A DNA stretch of 37,909 nucleotides, from NCBI GenBank assembly GCA_049972095.1, contig JBMFKQ010000013.1, positions 1 to 37,909 on the forward strand, read 5' to 3'. Positions within the stretch are counted from its first letter, which is position 1, and every line of letters begins with the position of its first letter. The notes under the pieces were generated by a model, which did no database searches, was not told the origin of the DNA, and was given only the letters and a program-made list of their open reading frames with translations. This document shows, piece by piece, positions 10,204-20,005 of the stretch. The DNA is from Elusimicrobiales bacterium. Lineage in GTDB: Bacteria; Elusimicrobiota; Elusimicrobia; Elusimicrobiales; UBA9959. The position numbers and the translations under genes are program-made.

Positions 10204-12876
10204 TCAAATAGAGCAAACCTCTCTGTAAGAACAATCATTGCAGGGTGGATCTTGTGATGGTTCAAAATATGGTTTTTCTATTATTTCTTTTATAACTGAT
10301 ATTATAAAGTTTTCGATAAGAGGTTGATACTTCTTTTGAGCTAAAGGATCTTTATAAAGATATTCGAGGCTGCATTCTTTAGAACCAAGACTTATAACAC
10401 AAGAGTTTTTGTTCAGATTAAAATGCTCTTTGAAGACTAAAAGGTAAAATGGAAGTTGAATAGATCCAGGTGATGATGCCTTACCACCTTCAAAATAACT
10501 CAGTTTTGGAAGGTATTGTGAGGTATGTGATGATGTTTTAAAATCAACAATAAGAGTTTGTGATGAGGTGCTTAGAACAAGATCTGCTCTTCCTTTTATT
10601 TTGACTATCCCTTGGGGAATGCGAATATGTGTTTCTGATGAAAATTCAACCTCTTCTATTGCATAAGAGCTAAAGAGATTTATCATATAGTGTGAAAGCT
10701 CGTAAGCCTTTTTTTTCGTCTGATATCTTATGAAGTATGTCTGAGGGGATGAAACATCAAACATCTTTATTTTATTCTCAATCTCTCTTTTAAACTCACA
10801 CGCAATCTTTTTTGATGTTAGTTCTGATAATTTCTTACCTCTATATTTCTTGAAAACAGCTTCTATAATAGAGTGAAAAAGTGTTCCTATATCACTTTTT
10901 TCAATAAAATCAGATGTATTATCCTCCTTTATGCCAATTAGGTATGCAAAATAAAACTTGAGAGGGCATTCAATATAGAGATCAACTGATGATGGAGAAA
11001 AGCAAAAGCCTTCAAGCACCCTTTTTATTCTTTGGTTTTTTTCAACCCTTTGTGGTTTGTGTGTTCTGAAATTCGTCTTTGGATATATGACATTATCAGA
11101 CAATATCAACCTCCTTTCATTTTTTTCCTTTTCCCATATCAGTTTTTCAAGAATTGGGCTTTTTGCCATATTTTTGTTTTCAACATAGTAGATAAACACA
11201 TTTTTTGATGAGGCAATGGTGTTTGCTATGTGATAGTAGTAAAGCTTAAATCTCTGTGAATAGAGAGGAAGTCCAAGATTTTTTCTAACAATATCAGAGA
11301 GAAAGAATATATATCTTTCCTCATGAGGTATTACACCTTCATTTAGGTCAACTATGAATGTGTTTTCAAAGTTAAGTAGCCTTGACTCAAGCACCCCCAT
11401 GCACTGAAAGGCTTCAAGTGGCTCTCCTTTGAAAGGAAATGTTATTAGAGATAAGTTCTTTTTTAAAAAACTAAAATATTCAATTGTATTTTTAAAAGAA
11501 AGCTGTGATATCTCTTTATCACAGATTTCAGTAATTTTTGCATCTATAAACCTTCCAAGAGATCTAAAAACATCTTTTTCATCCGTTTTGATTAAGCTTA
11601 TAATCCTTGCTATTGATGTAAGAAAGGATCTTATGTCTTTTATATCTTTGAAGGGTTCTATGAAAATGGAACTGAATTTTTCGCCTTCCTCAATATCTGA
11701 GAAAAACCTTTCTGCTATCTTCTTTTCAGTTATAAAAACCTCAAACCTACCTATCCTATCAAAGGTTGAACTTTTAAAAATATCTTTTAACCATTGATGT
11801 GAAAGAAGAGACTTTATTTTTTTAACAGGATAGAGAAACTCATTTTTCCCATCAAGTCTTTTTTGATGAATCTCACCTGTTATTTGAAACACTGACATCC
11901 ATGGTGTGTTTTCAAGAGAAAACGGAAGGGTTATGTTATAGTCAGAAATATCACAAAGCACATTCTCAATCACAGGTATGAGGGATTGTGGGTCTGGAAG
12001 GATAATGGCTGTGTGAGGTAGTGAATCTTTATTTTCTATGTTTTTATATATCTGAGAGATATCATGTTTTAGTGCAAAGATCTCTGTATGCTTTGATGAC
12101 ACAGCCTTCAGTGTGAAGCGAAGAGGCAAGGCTTTGTGTGTGGATGGTGGAAGTTTTACAAAATCCACAACCTCATCAAGAAGAGGACTATCTTGAAAGA
12201 AAAAGTATGTCTGTTTTTTTTGGGATATTTTTTTAAAAATTTCTTTCTCAGATCTGGTTGCAAGAAAAAAACCTGCAAAAATAATCTTATCAAAACTCAT
12301 TGGAAGTTCATCATTTGTTGCCACATGCATATACATAACAGATCTTGTTACAAGATCTCTTTTTTCAAGCTCTGAATAAAATTTCTCATAAAGCTGAGAG
12401 TATCTAGCAAATTTCAAGTTTTTATTGCCATTTCTAAAAATATCTTTGTTGAAAACCTCGCTTAGTAAAAAATCATAATCTAAGAGTTTTTTTGCTTCTA
12501 TCATATTTATTTTGAGCTCTTCAAACTCAGGCCATACCACAGATGTTATCTCCATTATCTCATAAATCTCCATTCTCCTTGCGCACATCATCGATAAATC
12601 ATCTCTCAAAACTGTTGCAAAGACATTAAAGGCATCATAAAAATCAGCCTCAGCAAAATCCTTTTTTTTGAAGAAAAGCTCTTTTATAAACTCATCTATT
12701 GATAGTATGTGTGGGAAAAGTATTTTTGATGACGAAAGATACTTTTTAAGGTATATTGATGGCCTTGTATTTGGAAAAACAACTATAAAATTCTCGGGAT
12801 CTCTTTGACCCAGAATAAAATCAGCAATACTCTTTATAAAATTCTCCTCAGGTTTTATTCTAAAAACATCTACCAT
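10204..12876 (-). CDS. addB: AddB-like inactive helicase / PD-(D/E)XK nuclease with Fe-S staple
   Basis: VVFPN.RP, MGVLESRLLNF, SPS....Y.ECP.KFY, KGRADL, VDFKT, QLPFY and C-terminal C..C.....C giving 4 Cys; no N-terminal Walker A. Confidence 0.8.
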   Translation of the reverse strand: MVDVFRIKPEENFIKSIADFILGQRDPENFIVVFPNTRPSIYLKKYLSSSKILFPHILSIDEFIKELFFKKKDFAEADFYDAFNVFATVLRDDLSMMCARRMEIYEIMEITSVVWPEFEELKINMIEAKKLLDYDFLLSEVFNKDIFRNGNKNLKFARYSQLYEKFYSELEKRDLVTRSVMYMHVATNDELPMSFDKIIFAGFFLATRSEKEIFKKISQKKQTYFFFQDSPLLDEVVDFVKLPPSTHKALPLRFTLKAVSSKHTEIFALKHDISQIYKNIENKDSLPHTAIILPDPQSLIPVIENVLCDISDYNITLPFSLENTPWMSVFQITGEIHQKRLDGKNEFLYPVKKIKSLLSHQWLKDIFKSSTFDRIGRFEVFITEKKIAERFFSDIEEGEKFSSIFIEPFKDIKDIRSFLTSIARIISLIKTDEKDVFRSLGRFIDAKITEICDKEISQLSFKNTIEYFSFLKKNLSLITFPFKGEPLEAFQCMGVLESRLLNFENTFIVDLNEGVIPHEERYIFFLSDIVRKNLGLPLYSQRFKLYYYHIANTIASSKNVFIYYVENKNMAKSPILEKLIWEKEKNERRLILSDNVIYPKTNFRTHKPQRVEKNQRIKRVLEGFCFSPSSVDLYIECPLKFYFAYLIGIKEDNTSDFIEKSDIGTLFHSIIEAVFKKYRGKKLSELTSKKIACEFKREIENKIKMFDVSSPQTYFIRYQTKKKAYELSHYMINLFSSYAIEEVEFSSETHIRIPQGIVKIKGRADLVLSTSSQTLIVDFKTSSHTSQYLPKLSYFEGGKASSPGSIQLPFYLLVFKEHFNLNKNSCVISLGSKECSLEYLYKDPLAQKKYQPLIENFIISVIKEIIEKPYFEPSQDPPCNDCSYREVCSI

Positions 12877-12885
12877 AGCCCTTTG

Positions 12886-15837
12886 CTACTCCATAGTTTT
12901 CACTTCAACAATCTTCTTTTCTCTAACATAATATAGATATCCCTTTATCGCAGTTTTAGGATATATGTGCCTAAGCGCTTTAATGTAGTCTTCCATCTGC
13001 GATATATCTGAAATATTTGGTTGTCCTGTTTTAAGATCAACAACATTGATTCCTTTCTCATTTTCAACTATAAGATCTGATCTAAAAACATTTCCATCTT
13101 CGTTAGCAAACTCAACCTCACTTCTAATTCTATTCCCTTTAATAAGGAGAAGAAGGTTTTTATCAGAGAGGGTTTCTTTGATAAGCTCTTCAACATTTCT
13201 TGCTATTTCCTTTTTAAATGGGATCTGCTCAAGAATAAAAGCCTTCCTTACAGCAAAATAACTATCAGCACAACCCATAAGTATAAGAGATATTGCTCTG
13301 TGATAAATCCTTCCCTCATCCTGTGCAGTGCTGAGATTAGGAATAAGATTATAGGTAATTTTCTTCTTTGGTTGTGTTATTTTAAAAACAAAGTCAGATG
13401 TTTTTTCTTCTATCTTTTTGAGTGTTGTTTTTTTCCCGGCGGTATAGTTTTTAAAGAGATCAAATATATCAGGTTTTCTTCTAAGATTCATAACTATATT
13501 ATAGAGTTCCTTCTTTGCCCTTGTAAGCGCAACATAAACTGTATTTATCTCGGATATTTTTTCATCCATAATGTTTGAAAGATATATGCCTTCAAGCCTT
13601 TTGTTAGCCTTTATAACACTTTGATTAAGGGAATAGAGGTTTATTTTTTGTCCATCTATATCATAGAATATCATAGCACCGCTTTTCTTTGTTTGGTCAA
13701 ATATGTTTATTACAACATCAAACTCAAGCCCTTTAGCTTTGTGAAATGTCATTAGCTTAACCGCATTTATAGTTGATGATATATCTATATAAAATCTCTC
13801 ATCATCCTCACTAGCATTATCTATAAAATCAATAAAATCTGACAGTGAATATATACCTTCTTCCCTCACAACCATAGATGTGAGATCCATAAGCTTAAGT
13901 ATATAGCCATTATCATCTGGGAAATGCTGCGTAATTGCGTAAAGCGAGATTATAAATTTTACAAGTGAGTATACATCACTTTTTCTGCTTTCCTCAATAA
14001 TATCTTCAAAATAGTTTTCCCACACTTTTGGGAAAGATTTTTTAAAGCTTTCAACCTTTGATTCTCTTTGTAAATTCGCAGTTATCATCATATCCTCAAT
14101 CTCACTTCTGCTTCTAAAAATCCCCCTAAAAACAGGGCTGAGTATAAATTTTGAAAAACTGATCTCATCACTTTGATTGTTTATAAATCGAAGGAGATTT
14201 ATCACACCAACAATTACACTATTCTCTCTAATATCAAGCTCGCTGTAAGACACACAATTGATCTCTTCGTCAGAAAGCCAGGCTGCAATCTCCTTAAGTT
14301 TATCATTTCTGTATGAAAGAACAGCTATTGATGAAAGTGGGAATCTTGATGCGACATCATTAATTATGCTTATAAACCTGCTTTTCAAATCATCATTTAC
14401 AACTACGCTTTCAACATAACCTTCATCATCGGTCTTATGAATATGTTGTATGCTATATATTTCTTTGAATCTCTCAAAGCCATTACTTTCAAGATATTTT
14501 GCAAATTCTTGAGAGCCAAAAAATCTATTAACATAATCAAGTATTGCTGATGAGCTTCTATAATTCACTGTGGTGGTTGAGATCTCTATTCCATTCTCAA
14601 GTGTTGATGTATCAAGGTAGATTGTATTTTTTGGATTTTCTATCATATCCTTCATTATTCTATAATCTGCATTTCTGAACATATATATTGCTTGTTTAAT
14701 ATCTCCTATAAGAAAGCAGCTTCCACCACAAGAAAGCGCTTCCTCTATGAAGGGCTTGAGAATAAGCCATTGAGCATGCGAGGTATCCTGAAACTCATCT
14801 ATCATAAAATGCCTAAAAACAGTTGAAAGCCTCATCATTATTGTTTGAATGGATAGCTGTCTATCATCATCTATCATCCTTTTTATCTCTCCAGCCATAG
14901 ACGAGAGAATAAAGGTTTTTGTTTTTCTTGACGAGTTTCTAAAAAACTCCTTAAAGTATAAAAATATATTGAGATATGGAGTATAAAATATCTCTGCCCT
15001 TAAAACAAGATAATCTTTTGAAAGATTGATGATTTGCTCCTCCTGCCTTAAAATAGGGATCTTATCTTTGATTACTCTTCCCTTATCAAGGGCTTCTTTT
15101 GCTGCTTCATAGGGATTGTTTAGTTCAAGCGCTTTTATAAAGCTTGAATAAAAGCTTTCTTTGTATTTTTTGGAAAGCGCTTTTAGCTTTTTAATAATAT
15201 CCCTTCCAGTATGGATAAGCTTAGAAAGTTTTTTCCCTTCTTGCTGATGATTGTTTGTTAGCTGGGCAAGATAATCATCCTCTTTCTTAAAAAACAATGA
15301 AAAGATTTCTGATAGCTTTGATGTTGGGTCGAATATAAAGCTGTTTTCGGTTTCATTTATAAAGTTTATAAAATCGTCTATGAGCTTGTTTTTCTTTAAA
15401 GATATAAGCTCACACAGAAAGCTAAATATAAAATCATCGACACTTGCTTTATAATTAAACCTAAGATTTACATCAGGAATATGCCCTAACTCAAAGGATG
15501 AAAGTAAAAAGATTGATGTTATAAATGAGTCTATAGTTCTAATGTTGAATTGATTGTATCTTTCAAAAATATTATCAAGGATATCTTGAGATTTTTGAGA
15601 AAGGGAACGATAGTCTTTAAAAAAATTGCTTGCTTGTTCGCTTCCAATAGCGCAGTTTTTTAGAAGATGTAGAATCCTTGTTTTCATCTCCTTTGCTGCA
15701 TTATCTGTGAAGGTAACAGCAAGTATGGATGATATGTCATTGCCATTAAATAAAAGCTCAATATACCTTTTCGTTAGCTGAAATGTTTTGCCTGAACCTG
15801 CTGATGCAGCAATGAGCTTTACTGAAGGGACTGACAT
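12886..15837 (-). CDS. addA: AddA-like UvrD-family helicase-nuclease
   Basis: ASAGSGKT, TFT..AA.EM, IDEFQDTS, GDIKQAIYMFR, NYRS, MTFHKAKGLEF, YVALTRA, C-terminal RSDL...DLKTG nuclease. Confidence 0.88.
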   Translation of the reverse strand: MSVPSVKLIAASAGSGKTFQLTKRYIELLFNGNDISSILAVTFTDNAAKEMKTRILHLLKNCAIGSEQASNFFKDYRSLSQKSQDILDNIFERYNQFNIRTIDSFITSIFLLSSFELGHIPDVNLRFNYKASVDDFIFSFLCELISLKKNKLIDDFINFINETENSFIFDPTSKLSEIFSLFFKKEDDYLAQLTNNHQQEGKKLSKLIHTGRDIIKKLKALSKKYKESFYSSFIKALELNNPYEAAKEALDKGRVIKDKIPILRQEEQIINLSKDYLVLRAEIFYTPYLNIFLYFKEFFRNSSRKTKTFILSSMAGEIKRMIDDDRQLSIQTIMMRLSTVFRHFMIDEFQDTSHAQWLILKPFIEEALSCGGSCFLIGDIKQAIYMFRNADYRIMKDMIENPKNTIYLDTSTLENGIEISTTTVNYRSSSAILDYVNRFFGSQEFAKYLESNGFERFKEIYSIQHIHKTDDEGYVESVVVNDDLKSRFISIINDVASRFPLSSIAVLSYRNDKLKEIAAWLSDEEINCVSYSELDIRENSVIVGVINLLRFINNQSDEISFSKFILSPVFRGIFRSRSEIEDMMITANLQRESKVESFKKSFPKVWENYFEDIIEESRKSDVYSLVKFIISLYAITQHFPDDNGYILKLMDLTSMVVREEGIYSLSDFIDFIDNASEDDERFYIDISSTINAVKLMTFHKAKGLEFDVVINIFDQTKKSGAMIFYDIDGQKINLYSLNQSVIKANKRLEGIYLSNIMDEKISEINTVYVALTRAKKELYNIVMNLRRKPDIFDLFKNYTAGKKTTLKKIEEKTSDFVFKITQPKKKITYNLIPNLSTAQDEGRIYHRAISLILMGCADSYFAVRKAFILEQIPFKKEIARNVEELIKETLSDKNLLLLIKGNRIRSEVEFANEDGNVFRSDLIVENEKGINVVDLKTGQPNISDISQMEDYIKALRHIYPKTAIKGYLYYVREKKIVEVKTME

Positions 15838-16610
15838 TATTGGATTTGTTTAAGCTTTATGTTTTTAAATTTTTTTTGAACTATAGTAGCCGAGTAGAAG
15901 TTTGGTTTTGCATTAGGGTTATCATCAGCCATCTCAAGAACATCAACGCGGTATTCAATATATAAGCTATCCTTGTCTGAAGAAACACCCATTATCTTGA
16001 ATATACCAGGTGGGAGTTCTGATTTTGAAACAATAACGATAACATTCTCATTTGAAAAGTCAGGATTGACTTCGTTTCGTATTTTGTGTGTCTGAGAAAA
16101 TGAGTTCCATGATGATGATGTCTTGAATATTATATAGTCACAGGGAGCATAAATTGGAGAGATGTTTGATGAAGAGGAAAGAGAATTGTATTCCATAACC
16201 TTGAGATTATCAACAGATGAAGCGTTTGGTGGAATTTTTTTATCAAGGTCAGATTCCTTTAGATTAACAAAACTTCTCTTTTTTGTTTTTGCCATCTCTG
16301 CAAGCCTTGTAAATGGATCAATGGGTTTCTCAGCAACACCCTCAAAATCTCTGTCTTTTACAAGTTTTATAGCCTGTGTTTCAAAAACTTGTGCCGATGA
16401 TGGCTTGGTTCCATCAAAAGCCATCCTTCCTTTTATATCATCTATTGACCTTTTTGCCATCATAATGTTGGCTTGGGCATAGTTCATATCACTAAGCATA
16501 GGCATATGGAATGAAGAATATCTTCTTTCTATATAAAATGACAAAAACACAAGAAGGATTACAAAGACAACAAGAATAACAAACCTTTTTTTTTTTATAT
16601 TTATCCTCAT
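15837..16610 (-). CDS. Membrane-anchored hypothetical protein with PrcB-like C-terminal domain
   Basis: N-terminal TM; C-terminal 'W..F........PDF..E.VIVI...' resembles PrcB_C; stop overlaps the addA start (TAATG). Confidence 0.55.
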   Translation of the reverse strand: MRINIKKKRFVILVVFVILLVFLSFYIERRYSSFHMPMLSDMNYAQANIMMAKRSIDDIKGRMAFDGTKPSSAQVFETQAIKLVKDRDFEGVAEKPIDPFTRLAEMAKTKKRSFVNLKESDLDKKIPPNASSVDNLKVMEYNSLSSSSNISPIYAPCDYIIFKTSSSWNSFSQTHKIRNEVNPDFSNENVIVIVSKSELPPGIFKIMGVSSDKDSLYIEYRVDVLEMADDNPNAKPNFYSATIVQKKFKNIKLKQIQ

Positions 16611-16629
16611 AATAAAATTTTACAATAAT

Positions 16630-17799
16630 TCATACAGATATATCCCTGTAAAGCGTAACCCTATTTTTCCCATTCTCCTTTGAGTGATAAAGAGCTTTGT
16701 CTGCATTTTCTACAAGCCTTTCTTCATCAACAGCATCGTATGGAAAATATGCTATGCCACAGGAGATTGTAACCTTTATATCAACAAGCCCTGCTCTTAT
16801 TTTGGAAGAGGATACTGTATTTCTTATATACTCTGCCTTTCTTCTACTCCCCTCTATCTCTGCTCGTGGCATTATAACTGCAAACTCCTCACCCCCATAT
16901 CTTGCAACAAAGTCAGTTTCATAAACGTTATTCTTTATTATACCAGCAATCTCTCTTATAACCTCATCCCCAACCTGATGACCATATGTATCGTTTATAT
17001 CCTTGAAGTTGTCTATATCAATCATCATCAGCCCAACTGTATGTTTGAAGTTTCTTGCTTTTATTATCTCCTCGCTTAACTTTTCATTAAAAATACCTCT
17101 TCTGAAAAGCCCAGTTACACCATCTCTTTGAGACATATTTTCTATCATCTCAAAAAGATGTATTTTCTTAAGTGATGAGGAAAGCTCCTTAACCAGAATA
17201 TTAACCTCATCAATATCAGATTTATCATTGCTATGAACAACAAGTGAAAATATTCTCCTGCCTTTTTCTTTAACATTAACAGCATAAAAAGAATCTGATA
17301 TAATGATATCTTTGTCGTTACAAGGTAGTTCAACATTCCTTCCATATATTATCCTCAAACCCTCTTCGCTATGATAAATAAGCGAGGTTTCATGCCCGGT
17401 ATAGTCATTAAGGTATCTTTCTATACTTTTTAGATTTGATGTATCTGTTATTAGATTCATTACCTTTATAAGAGAATAGATGATCTCATTTCTCCTTTCA
17501 TAAAGTTTTATACCTTCAGCCTTTTCTTTAAGCTGGGCAAGTTTTTTTTCGAGTTCAATTTTTTTATTGTTATAAGTTTTGATTAATGACTCATCAATCT
17601 TAAATATTCTACTTGCTCTTGTAATCAGCAGGAATGATGAGATAACTGAATACAGATAGAAAGCATAGGAGGATGGTTGAGTAAAAAAAACAGAGAACAT
17701 AATCATAACAAGAAAAGCATACGCAAGCTTTATTTTATAGATAGAGACGAGATATATCAAAAGAGGCAGTGAAAGATATATGGCATCATAGCTATTCAT
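16630..17799 (-). CDS. Membrane-bound GGDEF diguanylate cyclase
   Basis: N-terminal TMs, coiled coil, DGVTGL, DIDNFK.INDTYGH..GD, ARYGGEEF; the I-site position reads YETD. Confidence 0.9.
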   Translation of the reverse strand: MNSYDAIYLSLPLLIYLVSIYKIKLAYAFLVMIMFSVFFTQPSSYAFYLYSVISSFLLITRASRIFKIDESLIKTYNNKKIELEKKLAQLKEKAEGIKLYERRNEIIYSLIKVMNLITDTSNLKSIERYLNDYTGHETSLIYHSEEGLRIIYGRNVELPCNDKDIIISDSFYAVNVKEKGRRIFSLVVHSNDKSDIDEVNILVKELSSSLKKIHLFEMIENMSQRDGVTGLFRRGIFNEKLSEEIIKARNFKHTVGLMMIDIDNFKDINDTYGHQVGDEVIREIAGIIKNNVYETDFVARYGGEEFAVIMPRAEIEGSRRKAEYIRNTVSSSKIRAGLVDIKVTISCGIAYFPYDAVDEERLVENADKALYHSKENGKNRVTLYRDISV

Positions 17800-19156
17800 A
17801 TATCATCCTGTCTCTTCCTGCCCTTTTTGCAGCATAAAGTCTTTCATCGCAGGTTCTGATTATCTGTGTTTTGCTCTGCCCTTCAGAAGGAAACTCTCCA
17901 ACACCACCGCTTATTGTTATTCCAAAACTTCTTGTGCCTACTGAAAATGAGAGTTTTTTTACAGCCTCTGAAATACAAAGGGCAATCTCAACTGCATCTT
18001 TTTTCCCTGTTAATGGCATTATAACAGCAAACTCCTCACCACCGTATCTTGCAACAAAATCAAACTCTCTTACATTTGAAATTATTGTTGATGCAAGCCC
18101 TTTTATAACCTCATCCCCAACCTGATGACCATATGTATCGTTTATTCTCTTAAAGTGGTCTATATCCATTATAAGAAGGCAAAATGGTTTTTTAGTTCTT
18201 GCTGAAACAAGGATCTCTTCATCTATTTTCTCATCAAATATCCTTCTTGTGAAGAGTCCAGTAAGAGCATCTTTTCTTGCAAGATTCACAAGATTTCTGT
18301 AGAGTGATATATTTTCAAGTGTTGTCGATGCTGTTGTTGATATTATCTCAAGTGTTATAAAGTCATCTCTTGTGAAATAGCCCTCTGATGCTGCGTATAT
18401 CTTCAAAACACCAACCACCCTTGAAAACACAATAATCGCAAGCATTATAACTGAACGCTCTTTGACCGACCAGATCTTTGAATGATATCTCGAATCCTTT
18501 GATGTATCAGCTATGAAAAGGGATGTTTTGGTCCTAAATATATCCTCAACAGGTGGAGTGTTTGGGGACACCAGAAAAACCACATCAGATAAGGGATAAA
18601 GCATCTTTATTGCTCTTGTTACATTTGACATTACATTCTCTTGCGATGATGAGTTTTCTATATCTTTTAGAAATGATATTATTCTCTTTCTCAAATCAAT
18701 GCTTCTTTCTTTTTTTGAGATATACTCCTCATAGAATGCAATATCTGATTCAGTTAGCGATATCTCTTTCTTAAGTTTTTCTATTTCAGATTCTATGAAT
18801 ATCTTTTTTGATGATGCTTTTGTGTCAGCGGAGTTTTTAAGTATGTAAAAGAGAATGACTGATGCTGATATAGCAAGGGTTTGAGAAAGCCCTTTTCCCA
18901 TAATCTTTGCTGTTATAAGTGATGATATGAAGAAAACAAAAAACATTATAAAACCAAGGCCAAACTCGACATCATTATCTTCAAGAATATAAAATGGAAG
19001 TGTGAAAAATAAAATTGAAAAAGGGAATATACTTTTAAAAGCAATCACTAAACAAAGCGAGGCTACAAAAAGCAGTGTTGATAGAAAAAGTCGTTGGTGC
19101 TTTGCGATCATAAGTTCAATTTTATCATATTTAGCCTGAGAGATTTGTATAACCAT
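17792..19156 (-). CDS. Membrane-bound GAF-GGDEF diguanylate cyclase
   Basis: TMs, coiled coil, GAF-like region, DALTGL, DIDHFK.INDTYGH, REFD I-site, ARYGGEEF. Confidence 0.92.
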   Translation of the reverse strand: MVIQISQAKYDKIELMIAKHQRLFLSTLLFVASLCLVIAFKSIFPFSILFFTLPFYILEDNDVEFGLGFIMFFVFFISSLITAKIMGKGLSQTLAISASVILFYILKNSADTKASSKKIFIESEIEKLKKEISLTESDIAFYEEYISKKERSIDLRKRIISFLKDIENSSSQENVMSNVTRAIKMLYPLSDVVFLVSPNTPPVEDIFRTKTSLFIADTSKDSRYHSKIWSVKERSVIMLAIIVFSRVVGVLKIYAASEGYFTRDDFITLEIISTTASTTLENISLYRNLVNLARKDALTGLFTRRIFDEKIDEEILVSARTKKPFCLLIMDIDHFKRINDTYGHQVGDEVIKGLASTIISNVREFDFVARYGGEEFAVIMPLTGKKDAVEIALCISEAVKKLSFSVGTRSFGITISGGVGEFPSEGQSKTQIIRTCDERLYAAKRAGRDRMIYE

Positions 19157-19180
19157 ATCAAAAATGCTAAACTTTAACTT
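19157..19180. promoter_or_regulatory. Putative bidirectional promoter for two leaderless genes
   Basis: Plus strand TG-C-TAAACT (19165-19173) 7 nt before ATG 19181; minus strand TAGCAT (19169-19164) 7 nt before ATG 19156; no RBS for either gene. Confidence 0.55.
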
Positions 19181-20005
19181 ATGAAGAACAAACTCATACT
19201 AATAACCTGTGGTGTTATATTATTTGCCTTTTCCTGTCAGAGAAAAGAAAAAGAACAGGAGAAGATAATTGCAAAGGTTGGAAACACATATATAACTGAA
19301 TCCTATCTAAATGAAAAGATAGTTGAAAGCGGCGAGTTTGATTATCTTAAAACAAAGATAGGAAAAAAACAGTTTTTGGATGTGCTTATAAACGAGAGAC
19401 TTTTAAAGCTTGCCGCCCAAAATAGTGAGGTTGCATCATCTAAAGAATATAGAGATGAGATTGAAAGGTTAAAGGATGAATTCAAGAAAAGGCTAGAAGA
19501 TTACAAGGATATAATTCTGACAAGAATGTGGCTTGATAAGATAAGAAAGGAAAGGATAAACATATCAGACAGTGATATAAAGGAGTATATAAAAAAGTAC
19601 CCTTACACTGTCTCATTCAATCAGGTTATCTCATCTGACTATGAAAAGGCTCAGGCGATATTTAAGTCTCTCAAAGATGGCGCATCATTTGATAGGCTTG
19701 CAGCAGATTATAGCAAGAGTAATGATGTGGTTTTTAATAAAATACCTTCGGTTCTCTACGGAGAGCTTATGGATGAGCTTAATGATATGGTTTTTAAGAT
19801 GAAAGTAGGGGATATTGGTGGAATAGTTAAATCCAAACTTGGCTATCATATAGTAAAGAAAACAGCTGAATCAAAAATAGAGAATGAAAATCCACGAATA
19901 AAAGAAAGGGTTAGAAGGGTTCTTGAAAAGAAGAGGTTTGATGAATATCTTTCAGAGCTTGAAAAAAAATACTCTGTGGAGGTTCTAAATGAGGAATATA
20001 AATAG
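19181..20005 (+). CDS. Parvulin-type peptidyl-prolyl isomerase / PrsA-like lipoprotein
   Basis: Lipobox-like FAFSC, IAKVG, SF..LA..YS, VKSKLGYHIVK; the parvulin core looks degenerate. Confidence 0.8.
   Translation: MKNKLILITCGVILFAFSCQRKEKEQEKIIAKVGNTYITESYLNEKIVESGEFDYLKTKIGKKQFLDVLINERLLKLAAQNSEVASSKEYRDEIERLKDEFKKRLEDYKDIILTRMWLDKIRKERINISDSDIKEYIKKYPYTVSFNQVISSDYEKAQAIFKSLKDGASFDRLAADYSKSNDVVFNKIPSVLYGELMDELNDMVFKMKVGDIGGIVKSKLGYHIVKKTAESKIENENPRIKERVRRVLEKKRFDEYLSELEKKYSVEVLNEEYK

Noticed and set aside
10204..12876. Cas4-like or defence-system interpretation of the Fe-S PD-(D/E)XK nuclease
   Set aside because: Its length, inactive helicase body and adjacency to a UvrD helicase-nuclease fit housekeeping AddAB; no cas genes are nearby.
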